A stretch of 64,000 nucleotides of DNA from Candidatus Latescibacterota bacterium (GCA_965203805.1 OZ241917.1:160001-224000); one strand, 5' to 3'. Positions 21,324 through 31,686 are shown, counted from the first letter of the stretch. Numbers and translations are program-made. Notes: a model not told the origin generated them from the letters alone.

Positions 21324-21362
21324 AAGCAAAAGAGGCGGGGTTTAACCCCGCCTCTTTTGCTT
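21324..21362. terminator. Bidirectional intrinsic terminator
   Basis: AAGCAAAAGAGGCGGGG-TTTAA-CCCCGCCTCTTTTGCTT inverted repeat between convergent genes. Confidence 0.88.
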
Positions 21363-21387
21363 GTGGATGCCACTTGCAGATGCGACT

Positions 21388-21573
21388 TCAGTCCGCGGCG
21401 ATACCCAGGGATTCCGCGCCGGTACTCGCCTCGCCCGCCAGGGCCTGCCTGGCATTGTCCATAAACTGCGCGATGCGCACCTGAAGGTCTTTGGCTTCCG
21501 ATTCAAACCGATCCAGCTCGTCCACGAGATCCTCATAATCGAGGCGTGGCGCGACGCCTGCGCGGTTCGCCAT
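21388..21573 (-). CDS. Small hypothetical protein (61 aa, acidic, helical)
   Basis: AAGGGAG RBS before ATG; terminator downstream; coiled-coil-like LDYEDLVDELDRFESEAKDLQVRIAQF. Confidence 0.6.
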   Translation of the reverse strand: MANRAGVAPRLDYEDLVDELDRFESEAKDLQVRIAQFMDNARQALAGEASTGAESLGIAAD

Positions 21574-21722
21574 ACAACACACTCCCTTCGTGCAAGGGGA
21601 ATCAGGGAGAGGGGGGAGGTTGATTGCCGTACACGCTCGGGTTATATATGTTAGGGATCAAAATATAGGACAGGGTGAGAGTAGGGTCAAGAGAAAAGGC
21701 GAAAATAGCGGATTTCCCGCGG

Positions 21723-22670
21723 TCAGGAATGCGGCCCCCGCCTCGACGGAGCATCCATCAGGGACCTGATCTGAGCCTCGCGCGGCAGCGCGGCCTGCGC
21801 GCCGGTCCGGGTTACCGCGAGCGCGCCCGCGCAGTTCGCGAAGGCGACGGCGTCGGGAAGGGATGCGGCTGCGCAGAGTGCGGCCGCGAGCGCTCCGTTG
21901 AAGGCGTCTCCGGCGCCGGTCGTGTCGCGAACGTCGACCACGGGCGCCTGAACCAGAATGGCATTGCGGTCGGTCGCCAGAAGCGCGCCGCGTGCGCCAA
22001 GGGTGATGATGACATTGTCGACCCCCCGGGCCATCAGGATGTCTGCGGCACGGCGCGCCGCCTTTTCGGTATCCGGGCGAACGCCGGTCAGAATCTCGGT
22101 TTCCGTTTCGTTCGGCGTGAGAAGGAATAGATCGGAAAGTAGACTGTCGGGGAGGTCGCGGGCGGGCGCCGGATTGAGAATCACCGGGACCCCGTGGTCC
22201 CTCGCAATTCCTGCAGCGTGGAGGACTGTCGGCAGAGGCGTTTCAAGCTGAAGGAGGCACGCGGAAGCTTGGTCGAAAAGGGATCGGGCAGCCTCAATCT
22301 GAACTGGAGAAAGGGCGGCGTTGGCACCGGGAACCACGGCAATGACGTTCTCGCCCTTGCCGTCCACGAGGATCGAGGCGATGCCCGACGGCAGATCCGG
22401 GTCTCTCGTCACGCAGGTCGTATCGATGCCCTCCGATTCCAGGCAGCGCAGGGCGTCCGCGCCGAATGCGTCCCTTCCGATTCGTGCAACGAACGAGACG
22501 TGCGCGCCCGAACGGGCCGCCGCTACCGCCTGATTGGCGCCCTTGCCTCCCGGCAACGTGACAAACGTATCCGCCATGATCGTCTGGCCGGGGCTGGGCA
22601 GGCTCGCCGATCGGACGATCAGGTCCGTATTGGAACTTCCGATGACCAGAACGTGCGGACGCGAAACCAT
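21723..22670 (-). CDS. rbsK: Ribokinase (PfkB family)
   Basis: GSSNTD, PGGKGANQAVA, LQLE, NPAPA, TPNETE, DTTGAGDAFNG. Confidence 0.92.
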   Translation of the reverse strand: MVSRPHVLVIGSSNTDLIVRSASLPSPGQTIMADTFVTLPGGKGANQAVAAARSGAHVSFVARIGRDAFGADALRCLESEGIDTTCVTRDPDLPSGIASILVDGKGENVIAVVPGANAALSPVQIEAARSLFDQASACLLQLETPLPTVLHAAGIARDHGVPVILNPAPARDLPDSLLSDLFLLTPNETETEILTGVRPDTEKAARRAADILMARGVDNVIITLGARGALLATDRNAILVQAPVVDVRDTTGAGDAFNGALAAALCAAASLPDAVAFANCAGALAVTRTGAQAALPREAQIRSLMDAPSRRGPHS

Positions 22671-22870
22671 GGTTATCTCAGAATCAATCGATGGGCGCCG
22701 CGACGGTCGGGTTGCGAGATAGACCGCACCGGTTTCGACCCGCCCCCGGACGCCGCCGAAGGGACTCCGGACCGGAATGCAAGTTAACCCTGTCGGGGCG
22801 GGTTCGTCAAGGTGAACCTGTGCGAATTCGCCCGGTCGTGACGGGAGCGTTCGGACCTCATTGTATTCTC

Positions 22871-22899
22871 TTGACTTGCCTGTGGGGTTTGCTTAAGTT
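22871..22899 (+). promoter_or_regulatory. Predicted sigma70 promoter upstream of bamD-nadD
   Basis: TTGACT-17 nt-TAAGTT. Confidence 0.45.
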
Positions 22900-23152
22900 T
22901 TCCCGATCTGCCGAAGGATACCGGACGCTTCCGCGAACTCGGTCTGAACCGCCGGCAGCGATTCCCGCCGGTCTTGTACGGAACCATCCGCGGGTTTCCG
23001 GAGTCAAAGGTATGCGCGTCGAGCTTTACCGATTGATTCCATGGCATACGCCACCCGAAGACGTCCTGGTTGCAGGGTGGTCGATCGCACCGACCGTTCG
23101 GGGTTGGGATAAACACGGCCCCGATTTTCTGTTATTGCGGGGTGGGAAGGGT

Positions 23153-23974
23153 ATGATGACGCGGTGTGTCATCGTTCTGTGTTCAATTGGCCTGCTGGCA
23201 TTGGGCGGATGCGCCCAGAACAGGTATCGCCATCCGAGTGCGGATCTGTACCTGGAAAAGGCGAACGAAGCGCTCGAGCAGAAGAATTGCTGGGAGGCCC
23301 AGAAGTTGCTCCGAAATCTGCTGTCGGACTTTCCGGGGTCACATCTGGTCGACCGGGCCCAATATAAACTGGGGTTCGCGTTTTTGTGCGACAAGGACTA
23401 CGTGACGGCAGTGTTTGAATTCGAGCGGCTGCTGAACGAGTTTCCAACCAGCCCGTTCGTCGACCAGGCGCGGTACCAGATAGGGGTGTGTTACTACCGT
23501 CAGTCCCGGGGCATCCACCACGACCAGGATGAGACCCATAAGGCCATCAGGGAATTCGAACGGTTTATCGAGGATTTCCCCGATAGCGATCTCGTCCCGA
23601 GCACGCGCGACAGAATACTGGAACTTCGGACCAAACTGGCGCAAAAGAAACTCATGGTCGCCCGGAACTACATTCGGTGGGACATGTTCGAATCCGCCGC
23701 GCGGTATTGTGAAATTGTCCTGAAGGAATTCAAAGATACCCCGCTCGCGGCGCAGGCCAGGTTTCTTCTCGCACGCACAAGACACCAACTTGGCGCCCTG
23801 GACGAAGCGCTCGAGATGTTGAGGCTCCTGGCCGCGGACGGGGTTCAGGACGAACTGAAACGCGAGATTGCCGAAGAGATACGCCGGATCGAGAAAACCC
23901 GGGCCGGACAGAAGACCGAACACCGGAAACCGGCGGCGAAAACAAATGGCTCCAGCGCCGCGAGTTCCAGGTGA
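23153..23974 (+). CDS. bamD: Outer membrane assembly lipoprotein BamD
   Basis: Lipobox LGGC; TPR repeats (FPGS..AQY, FPTSP..ARY); DQDET..AI..F; precedes nadD. Confidence 0.85.
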   Translation: MMTRCVIVLCSIGLLALGGCAQNRYRHPSADLYLEKANEALEQKNCWEAQKLLRNLLSDFPGSHLVDRAQYKLGFAFLCDKDYVTAVFEFERLLNEFPTSPFVDQARYQIGVCYYRQSRGIHHDQDETHKAIREFERFIEDFPDSDLVPSTRDRILELRTKLAQKKLMVARNYIRWDMFESAARYCEIVLKEFKDTPLAAQARFLLARTRHQLGALDEALEMLRLLAADGVQDELKREIAEEIRRIEKTRAGQKTEHRKPAAKTNGSSAASSR

Positions 23975-23980
23975 GGCGGC

Positions 23981-24568
23981 ATGGGCGGAAGGATCGGCAT
24001 CCTCGGCGGCACGTTTGATCCCATTCATCTCGGCCATCTGATAATCGCCCAGGAAGCGCTGGCACAGTGTTGTCTGGACCGCGTCCTGTTCGTTCCCTCA
24101 GCGGACCCTCCCCACAAAAACGCCGCCGACGTGGCGCCGGCCGACGCGCGCGTCAGTATGGTTGCGCTTGCCCTCGACAGACAGCCCGGGTTTGAGCTGT
24201 GCCCGATCGAATTGGAACGAACCGGCAAGTCCTATACTGTCGAGACCCTGAGGCAACTGCGTGGAAAACTCGGGTCCGCGACTGAATTTTACCTGATCAT
24301 CGGTGCGGATAACGCGCCGGAGATGTCGACATGGTGCGATCCCCAGGGGGTTCTCGACCTCGCCCACGTGACGGTGATGGGTCGCCCCGGGTTTCTTCCC
24401 GATGATGTCGACAGACGAATAGCGGCTCGAATGCGTTTCCTGCAAACGCCGCTTATCGAGATCTCGTCAACGCAGATCCGTTCGCGCATTCGTTCGGGCA
24501 GGCCCATTCGTTATTGGGTGCCGGACAAAGTCGCGCGTTATATAGAAGCGCACCGCCTTTACGTATAG
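23981..24568 (+). CDS. nadD: Nicotinate-nucleotide adenylyltransferase
   Basis: GGTFDPIHLGH, PPHK, SYTVETL, IIGAD, ISSTQIR. Confidence 0.96.
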   Translation: MGGRIGILGGTFDPIHLGHLIIAQEALAQCCLDRVLFVPSADPPHKNAADVAPADARVSMVALALDRQPGFELCPIELERTGKSYTVETLRQLRGKLGSATEFYLIIGADNAPEMSTWCDPQGVLDLAHVTVMGRPGFLPDDVDRRIAARMRFLQTPLIEISSTQIRSRIRSGRPIRYWVPDKVARYIEAHRLYV

Positions 24569-24583
24569 AAATGAGAAACTGCG

Positions 24584-24850
24584 ATGGCTGAATCCACGGA
24601 GGGACATACTCAAAGCAGCGCCCAACTGGGCGGAAAACCCGAAGGTCGAATTCAGCGGTATTTCTGTGTCGACGATGAAAAATACCACGCATTCGCGAGA
24701 GTTTCCAAAGACGCGACGGTATTGCGTCGGATACCCAAGCGGATTCGGGTGATGGGCAAGGACGTGGACGGTTGGGTTGTGGAGGTGACGGTACCCGCGA
24801 CGGACGGCGTGGTTCGAGTGGATCCGCTTGAAGCTCCGAACAAGATTTGA
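24584..24850 (+). CDS. Hypothetical protein (88 aa)
   Basis: ATG 15 nt after the nadD stop; plausible beta-rich sequence; no family recognised. Confidence 0.6.
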   Translation: MAESTEGHTQSSAQLGGKPEGRIQRYFCVDDEKYHAFARVSKDATVLRRIPKRIRVMGKDVDGWVVEVTVPATDGVVRVDPLEAPNKI

Positions 24851-25028
24851 GCCCGGCGTCAACGGCGCGTGAACGTCGGCCCGGTCTTTCGTGCCGCAGC
24901 GCCGTCCGGGGCGCCGGTTTCGGGAGGCTCGAACGTGGGGATACATTGGCAAATCGACCGGCGAAAACGGCGAATGGCGTGGACCATTAACCGGAGCGCC
25001 GATACTCCGTGAGAAATTCGGGGGAAGC

Positions 25029-25361
25029 ATGTTACTTTCGGACGGCCGAAACCGGGATGAGACGACCAGCGTGACGATCTTCGGGCGCCAGTATCCCATA
25101 TTAAGCCGGGAGTCGTCCGCCTATACGCGTCGGGTCGCCGATCTGGTCGATCGTCGCATGACAGAGATTGCCTCGCAGCAGAAGCTGGCCGAACCGACAA
25201 AAATAGCCATCATCGCGGCACTGGATATCGCAGACAGATTGTTGAAGTATCGGACGGGTCGCGAAAGGGCAGGCAGGCAGGCCGAGCTGGTGGCCGCGCG
25301 TCTGACGATGTTGCTGGACGACGTACACGGGAGCACGCGCGACGGGTCCGATACGGCCTGA
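25029..25361 (+). CDS. zapA: Cell division protein ZapA
   Basis: VTIFGRQYPI..Y..RVA..VD.RM..I..KIAIIAALDIAD; ATG after GGGGGAAG. Confidence 0.85.
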   Translation: MLLSDGRNRDETTSVTIFGRQYPILSRESSAYTRRVADLVDRRMTEIASQQKLAEPTKIAIIAALDIADRLLKYRTGRERAGRQAELVAARLTMLLDDVHGSTRDGSDTA

Positions 25362-25390
25362 CTGCACAAGGTCGACGGGGGCGGGTCGAT

Positions 25391-26113
25391 TCAATGCGGG
25401 GCAGCAGGCGAGGATCCAGGCGGTTCCAGGAATCTGTATCTGAAGATCGTATAGAGGATTTTCCAGCCAGCCCGGACCGTGCCGCTCAGGGTTCCGGTAA
25501 TCTTGGACACGCCGATACGACGTCGGTAACGTACCGGAACGTCCAGGTGCCGGAGGCCCATCCGGGCAGCCTTCACCTGCATCTCCACCGTCCAGCCGAA
25601 GGTCCTGTCCTGCATATCGAGCGCGACAAGCGCCGGGTAGGTTATGGCGCGAAATGGCCCGAGGTCGGTGAAGCCGGCGCCAAACAGGCGACGAATGAGC
25701 CACGTGGCCAGCCAGTTGCCGAAGCGGGCCTGTGGAAGCAGCGCGCCGGGCTCCCGGACGCCCAGCGTGCGCGACCCGATCACGAGGTCCGCGCGATTCT
25801 CAGCGATGGGCGCCACCAAGAGCGACATTTCATCGGGATGGTCACTGTAGTCGCCGTCCAGGAAGACCACGATATCGGGTTTCTCCAGGGCCGCGATGCC
25901 CGCCAGGCAAGCCCATCCGTATCCCCTTCGATGTTCGTGTACAATTCGGGCCCCCATCTGCCTGGCCAGGTCGACCGTACGGTCGGTGGAGCCGTTGTCC
26001 ACCACCACCACGTCGGCTTCGAGATGACCTGGAATATCGGACAGCACGTTCTGAATGGCGTCCTGCTCGTTGAAAACCGGGATGACCACGGAGATTTCGG
26101 GACGGGCGCGCAT
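25391..26113 (-). CDS. Glycosyltransferase family 2
   Basis: VVIPVFNE, VVDNGSTD, GYG.AC, FLDGDYSD, TDLGPFRA, GWTVEMQ. Confidence 0.92.
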   Translation of the reverse strand: MRARPEISVVIPVFNEQDAIQNVLSDIPGHLEADVVVVDNGSTDRTVDLARQMGARIVHEHRRGYGWACLAGIAALEKPDIVVFLDGDYSDHPDEMSLLVAPIAENRADLVIGSRTLGVREPGALLPQARFGNWLATWLIRRLFGAGFTDLGPFRAITYPALVALDMQDRTFGWTVEMQVKAARMGLRHLDVPVRYRRRIGVSKITGTLSGTVRAGWKILYTIFRYRFLEPPGSSPAAPH

Positions 26114-26149
26114 GGCAGGAGTGTCTGTTCGTTTCGGGATGAAACGCGT

Positions 26150-26350
26150 TTACTTCCGATCCGGCGGCTTACGTATCATCCGGTTCGTTCTGGCGTTGCC
26201 CCGCCCCTTCAGGCGGGCGACCAGAATAAAGATGCAGAAGACAATGCCCAGGATAACGGTGCCGGCGACCTTGTCCGGATGATCCGCAAGCCACATCAGC
26301 GCCAGCGTAATCAGCAGGCAGATGCCTGCGATGGTCGTTTCTCTGGTCAT
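26150..26350 (-). CDS. Small two-TM membrane protein
   Basis: Two hydrophobic segments and a basic tail; GAGGTG RBS-like sequence upstream. Confidence 0.55.
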   Translation of the reverse strand: MTRETTIAGICLLITLALMWLADHPDKVAGTVILGIVFCIFILVARLKGRGNARTNRMIRKPPDRK

Positions 26351-26563
26351 CGGATCCACCTCTATTTCGGGTCGTGGGAGTCTGTCACCGGAAATCTAAC
26401 GGACGGCACGAGCATTGTCAATGGATTCGGCCCGAAGGCGGCCGTTCGCAGACTGGCCGGCAAACCCGGTTCACGGCTCCTTATCCGATTCCGGGGCCGG
26501 AAGTTTGGTACAGCTTCCGATAACCCGCACCTCCAGGGGCGCGGTTTTTTTTCGCGTGTCCGG

Positions 26564-27787
26564 TCAGCCGCGTCCGCCGCCGCGCGGAGAATGTCCGCGA
26601 GATACGCCCTCCGCAAGGGTTTCCGGGACGAGAAACGCGAAGGTGCCCGCGGCCAACAGGCCGAAACCCGCGATTGCAAACGTGGCGGGGGAGAGTCCGA
26701 GCAGATCGGCGATTCCGCCCACGACGAGGGGCGCGCCCATATGGCCCGTATCGCCGACCAGGCGCCAGGCCCCCAGAAATTCTCCGAACGATTCCCTCGG
26801 CGCAAGGTCCGCGCCAAGCGTCATCATGGAACCGGAGCCGATGCCATTGCCCAGGCCGAGAAGCGTCGTGGCCAGAAGCAGCCCCGTAAAGCCCTGGGTG
26901 AGGGGTATGGCTGCCATGGCGACGGCCTGGATCAGGAAGCAGGGTACCATCGCGAACTTTCTTCCGAAACGGTCCATGACAAGGCCGGCCGGGTAGAAGA
27001 GCGACATGTCCGCCAGCGCGGAAACGGTGATGATCAATCCGATGGACTGAACGTCCAGGCCGATCACGTCGGCCGCGTAAAGCGGTACGACGACGTGGCG
27101 TCCTGCCCGGATGGTCTGTGCGAAGAGTTGCCCCGAACCGGCGATGGCCAATTCTCGAAAATGCGTTTTGAAGATCGCCAGAACGGGTTTCAGCCGGCCG
27201 CCGCGGGCCTGCCGGGCCGCGGGCGTCGGTTCGGTTTCGAACCACCATGCGGCAATGATAACGACAAGAGCCGCCAGAACCCCGAATACGAGAAACGGGG
27301 CTTCCAGACCGTAAGATAAGGCGAGTGCGCCGCCCGGCAGGGGACCCGCGAAGGTTCCGATGCGTTGAATCCCGCCGAAGATCGAGAGCGCCCGTCCGCG
27401 GTGAAATACAGGGACGGCGTCCGCCAGATAGGCGTGACAGGAGATATGCCAGAGGGAACCGCCGACGCCGGCGGCAAGACGGTAGCACACGACTTCGTTG
27501 ATGTCCTGCGCCCAGAACAGCGCGAGCGTGGACACGGCGACGCAGCTGACGCCAAGAACCATCACGGGCTTCCGACCGAAGTTCCCGAGCAGAATACCTG
27601 CAGGCAGCGCGGCGACCAGCCTGCCCACGCCTTCGGCGGCAAGGACGCCGCCGATGAGGCCGTACGACGCGCCGAAGGTCTTTGCATAGAGCGGAAGGAT
27701 GGGAATGAGCATTCCGTTGCCGAACATCAACAGCAGCGACGGAACGTAGACGGGCAAAACAAGGGGATTGCGGATGGGTTTCGTCAT
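26564..27787 (-). CDS. MFS transporter
   Basis: About 12 hydrophobic segments; G.L...FGRK and GLVMDRFGRK loop motifs. Confidence 0.92.
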   Translation of the reverse strand: MTKPIRNPLVLPVYVPSLLLMFGNGMLIPILPLYAKTFGASYGLIGGVLAAEGVGRLVAALPAGILLGNFGRKPVMVLGVSCVAVSTLALFWAQDINEVVCYRLAAGVGGSLWHISCHAYLADAVPVFHRGRALSIFGGIQRIGTFAGPLPGGALALSYGLEAPFLVFGVLAALVVIIAAWWFETEPTPAARQARGGRLKPVLAIFKTHFRELAIAGSGQLFAQTIRAGRHVVVPLYAADVIGLDVQSIGLIITVSALADMSLFYPAGLVMDRFGRKFAMVPCFLIQAVAMAAIPLTQGFTGLLLATTLLGLGNGIGSGSMMTLGADLAPRESFGEFLGAWRLVGDTGHMGAPLVVGGIADLLGLSPATFAIAGFGLLAAGTFAFLVPETLAEGVSRGHSPRGGGRG

Positions 27788-27924
27788 TGGGTTCCAGGAG
27801 GTGCGGGGGGCCGGAAGTCGGGTATGTTAAACAGCGGACGGGGTTTTGTCAAGGAACGCTTTGGTTTGAACAGGCGCAGCCGTACGACACGCCGTGTGCC
27901 ATTTCGGGGAAGGCAGGTTGAGCC

Positions 27925-28887
27925 ATGAAGATTGTTCTGTGTCCGCCGGTGGACGAAGCGTTGTGTGAGCAAGTGCGCGAGGCCGCGCCCGGGGCGGAAG
28001 TGGTGATGGCAGCGATGGATGACGCCCCCGCGGTCGTTGGCGACGCCGACGTGATATTCGGCATGTATACCGAGGAGATCATCCGTGCCGCCGCAAAGGT
28101 CAGCTGGATACAGACTACGAGCGCGGGCATGGATATGTTGATGGACATACCCGGTGTCCGGGAGGCCGATTTCAGATTGAGCAACGCCAGCGGGTTGCAC
28201 GCCCTACAGGTCGCGGAACACGCCTGGGCGCTGACGTCGGCCCTGTTCCGGGGCCTGCACGTAACCGTGCGAAATCAGCTTGCGCACGAATGGAAGGGCG
28301 CGCCGATTCAGGATCTGTACGGGGCCACGGCCGGGATCGTGGGATTCGGCGGAATCGGGCGGCGGTACGCCCGGCTGGCCAGGGGATTCGATATGCGAAT
28401 TCTCGCGGTGGACGTTCAGCAGTCCGAAGTGCCCGATTACGTGGAGGCGCTGTGGGGAACGGATCGGCTGGAAGCATTGCTGGCGGAATCCGACGTGGTG
28501 TTTATCGCTTGTCCCTGTACGCCGCAGACCGAGAGGCTGATCGACGCGCGTGCGTTTCGCATGATGAAGAATTCGGCCTTCCTGGTCAATACGGCACGAG
28601 GCCCGATCGTCGACGAGGCGGCGCTGATCGATGCACTGATGTCCGGTGAGATCGCCGGCGCGGGCCTGGACGTCTTCGAGACCGAGCCGCTGCCGGAGAC
28701 CAGCCCGCTCTGGGAAATGGAAAACGTGATCATCACCACCCACTCGGCGGGTGTATCGAGCTACCGCCCGCAACGCACGGTCGACTTCTTCTGCGAGAAT
28801 CTGAGACGGTTTCTGGCGGGGAAGCCGCTGTTGAACGAGACGGACCGGGAACTGGGATATCCCACTCTGGAAAGCCGCGTCGATTGA
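27925..28887 (+). CDS. D-2-hydroxyacid dehydrogenase
   Basis: VAEH, GIVGFGGIG, LVNTARGPIVDE, GAGLDVFETEP, IITTH. Confidence 0.92.
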   Translation: MKIVLCPPVDEALCEQVREAAPGAEVVMAAMDDAPAVVGDADVIFGMYTEEIIRAAAKVSWIQTTSAGMDMLMDIPGVREADFRLSNASGLHALQVAEHAWALTSALFRGLHVTVRNQLAHEWKGAPIQDLYGATAGIVGFGGIGRRYARLARGFDMRILAVDVQQSEVPDYVEALWGTDRLEALLAESDVVFIACPCTPQTERLIDARAFRMMKNSAFLVNTARGPIVDEAALIDALMSGEIAGAGLDVFETEPLPETSPLWEMENVIITTHSAGVSSYRPQRTVDFFCENLRRFLAGKPLLNETDRELGYPTLESRVD

Positions 28888-28918
28888 CCTGTACCACCCG
28901 ATTCCGGAGAGATGGAAG

Positions 28919-30250
28919 ATGGCGGAAATAAGGGCCTTTCGCGGAATCCGATTCGCGACCGACAGGATAGGCGACGTTGGAGACGTGGTCGCGCCCCCCT
29001 ACGATGTCATCGACCCTTCGATGCAACGGGCGCTGTACGACGCTCATCCCAACAACATCGTACGCATTATTCAGGGCGAGGAATACGCAGGAGACTCGGT
29101 CGACGAAAACCGGTACACCCGTGCCGCGGAGGCCTATCGAAGCTGGCTTGAACAGGGTGTCCTGGTCCGGGACCGGAAGGAAGGAATTTATCTGTACGCA
29201 CAGGATTTCGACGTCAGTACTCCCGATGGGACAACCAATAAGACCAGGCTGGGGGTCGTCGCGCTGGTGCGTGCGGATGCATTGGGAGAAGGCGCAATCC
29301 TGCCGCACGAGAATACGATGCCGGGCCCGAAGGCGGACCGGCTGGCGCTGATGCGGCACACCCGGGCGGCGTTCGGCCAGATCTTTTCGTTATACTCCGA
29401 CCCCGACGGCCGGGTGCGGGATATCGTGGCGCCGGTCCTGGAAAACGCACCGCTCTTCGCGTTCACGGGGGACGATGGCGTCGGACACCGCTTCTGGCGG
29501 GTAACCGATCGGGCGACCGTAGACGGCGTCGCCCGATCGCTGGAAGAAAAGCCGTTCTTCATCGCCGACGGCCATCACCGATATGAAACCGCGGTGGTCT
29601 ACCGGGATGAACGCGCGGCGGCCGAAGGCGGGCAGTGGCAGGGCAGGCCCTACGGGTACCGGATGCAGACTCTCGTGAATATGGACGATACGGAGGGGAT
29701 GGCCATCAATGCGATTCACCGGGTGGTCATGGATCTGGGACCCGGCGGGGTCGCGCGCCTGGTCAGCGGTATGGCGAAACTGTGTGACGTCGAACGGGCG
29801 CCCCTCCGGGATACCCGGTCGGTACTGCGGGAGTTGAGACGGCGCGGCGGTCGCGGACCCGTGTTCGGACTATGCCATGGAACGTGCGGCGAAGTCCACT
29901 ATCTGAGGTTGAAGCGCGGCGTGCGGCCGTCCGATCTGGATGACGGGGGCCATTCGGAGGCCTGGCGGGGCCTGGATACGGGGTTGTTGCAACTGGTTCT
30001 GTGCAGGGTACTGGATCTGGACCAGGAGACATTGACCAGAGGTGAGAAGGTGAAATTCGTCAAGGTCGAAAGCGAAGTGCTGGACATGGTGAAGGCGGCG
30101 CCCGACCGGGCAGGTTTCTTTTTGAACCCGGTGGGCATGCAGCAATTGCGCGATGTTGTGCTCGCGGGAGAGCGCATGCCGCCCAAGTCCACGTTTTTTT
30201 ACCCGAAAGTGTATTCGGGACTGGTGATACAGGATCTGCAATCGTTCTGA
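28919..30250 (+). CDS. DUF1015 family protein
   Basis: PPYDVI, ILPHENT, IADGHHRYET, MPPKSTFFYPK. Confidence 0.9.
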   Translation: MAEIRAFRGIRFATDRIGDVGDVVAPPYDVIDPSMQRALYDAHPNNIVRIIQGEEYAGDSVDENRYTRAAEAYRSWLEQGVLVRDRKEGIYLYAQDFDVSTPDGTTNKTRLGVVALVRADALGEGAILPHENTMPGPKADRLALMRHTRAAFGQIFSLYSDPDGRVRDIVAPVLENAPLFAFTGDDGVGHRFWRVTDRATVDGVARSLEEKPFFIADGHHRYETAVVYRDERAAAEGGQWQGRPYGYRMQTLVNMDDTEGMAINAIHRVVMDLGPGGVARLVSGMAKLCDVERAPLRDTRSVLRELRRRGGRGPVFGLCHGTCGEVHYLRLKRGVRPSDLDDGGHSEAWRGLDTGLLQLVLCRVLDLDQETLTRGEKVKFVKVESEVLDMVKAAPDRAGFFLNPVGMQQLRDVVLAGERMPPKSTFFYPKVYSGLVIQDLQSF

Positions 30251-30286
30251 CAGTGACTGTGAACCCAGGTAAAACCACACGGGAAG

Positions 30287-30311
30287 AAGGGGCGCCATGC
30301 GCCCTTTTTTT
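30287..30311 (+). terminator. Intrinsic terminator
   Basis: AAGGGGCGC-CAT-GCGCCC-TTTTTTT. Confidence 0.75.
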
Positions 30312-30371
30312 GATTCGGCCCGAACGCCGGACTCAGTTCTTACAAGTGCTTCGCCGGCATCCGGATTGAAA

Positions 30372-31556
30372 CTACAGGACCGGCAATTTCCCTGGGGCGG
30401 GTTCCGACAGGATTTCGCATCCGGTATCCGTCACGACAACGTCCTCTTCGAGCATGAAATACGCGCCGTCCGTATAGAGAGAAGGTTCGACGGTGAGCAC
30501 CATGCCTTCCTCGAGAACCGTGTCGTCTTCAAGTTCGATGAACGGAGGTTCGATGATGTCCAGACCGATGGCGTGTCCGATCCCGGTGACCTGCCGCGCC
30601 TGCTTTGCGTAACCCGCCCTCGCCAGCGTTTCGTTCGAAACGCGAACCAGGTCGGATATCGGAATGCCGGGGCGGACCGCGGCGGTTGCCGCTTGCAGGC
30701 ACTCATACACGGCGCGGTACGCGTCCTTGTGTTTTGGTTCGGCCCGCCCCACGGCGAACATGCGCGTGTAGTCCGACCAGTATCCCCGGTACACGCCGCC
30801 GGCGTCGTGGGCGATGAGCTCGCCTTCGGTCAGGACGCGGTCGGTGTGCCGGCGCAGGCTGCGGTTGCTGCTGCGCGCGTTGCCGGGGACGTACGTGGCC
30901 AGGGTGATCGAACCCGGGGCGTCCATCCCCCGTTTCATGTGCTCGACGCAGAGCAGGCTATACAGGTCCCTTTCCGTCATGCCGGGCGTGACGGAGTCGA
31001 AGAGGGCTCGGTAGGCCTGGCCGGTGATCCTCACGGCCTCGCGAATGTAGGCGATCTCGGCGGGGGACTTGGCGAAACGGGTCTTCCAGAGCGTTTGCGA
31101 GGCATCCGTGAATTGTACGCCGGGAAGATTGTCCTTCAGCCGGCCGAAGTCGTCGTAAGGCATTCGCGACCAGAGGACGCCGCCCAGTTCGGCGCCGATG
31201 CGGGAGTTGTGGAGGCCGAGTTCGCGGATGACTCCGGTCAGGAGCGAGACCCCCGCGCGGATGCGGATGGGCGGCTGATACGTGCGCAGGTCCTGAATCC
31301 AGGCGTCTTCCTCACACATTCCGGTTTCCAGCGGCGGGACGATGAGCACCGGGTCGCGTTCAAGTGGAAGCAGGGCGAAAAGAGACGTGAATTTGTGCCC
31401 CCAGCGATGGGTCCAGTGCCCCGTGAAATAGCGATGGTTCGTGTCCGTGGTAATCAGCACGGCGTCCAGGCGGTTGCTCGACATGAGATCCCGCAGCCTG
31501 GCCAGGCGTCGTTCGTATTCGTGGGCGTTGAAATCGGCGTAGTCGCTGGTCAGCAT
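30372..31556 (-). CDS. M24 family (Xaa-Pro) peptidase
   Basis: KSPAEI, D.G..Y.GYWSD.TR, GHAIGLDIIE, TVEP, LEEDVVVT. Confidence 0.9.
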   Translation of the reverse strand: MLTSDYADFNAHEYERRLARLRDLMSSNRLDAVLITTDTNHRYFTGHWTHRWGHKFTSLFALLPLERDPVLIVPPLETGMCEEDAWIQDLRTYQPPIRIRAGVSLLTGVIRELGLHNSRIGAELGGVLWSRMPYDDFGRLKDNLPGVQFTDASQTLWKTRFAKSPAEIAYIREAVRITGQAYRALFDSVTPGMTERDLYSLLCVEHMKRGMDAPGSITLATYVPGNARSSNRSLRRHTDRVLTEGELIAHDAGGVYRGYWSDYTRMFAVGRAEPKHKDAYRAVYECLQAATAAVRPGIPISDLVRVSNETLARAGYAKQARQVTGIGHAIGLDIIEPPFIELEDDTVLEEGMVLTVEPSLYTDGAYFMLEEDVVVTDTGCEILSEPAPGKLPVL

Positions 31557-31686
31557 GAATGGGATCCTTTAAGATGGGTTTTGTGATGAGTCCCTTTGGC
31601 ACGGAGTTACCGCGCACACGATCGCATGGATGTGATTGCGTGCCTTGCATTCAACCTGACGTAACCGGGCGCACTGAGGCGACACG

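Noticed and set aside
25362-25390. Expected 6S RNA downstream of zapA
   Set aside because: Only about 29 nt before the convergent glycosyltransferase stop; no room.
25394-27319. 641-aa plus-strand ORF
   Set aside because: Antisense to the glycosyltransferase and MFS genes; Arg/Gly-rich shadow composition.
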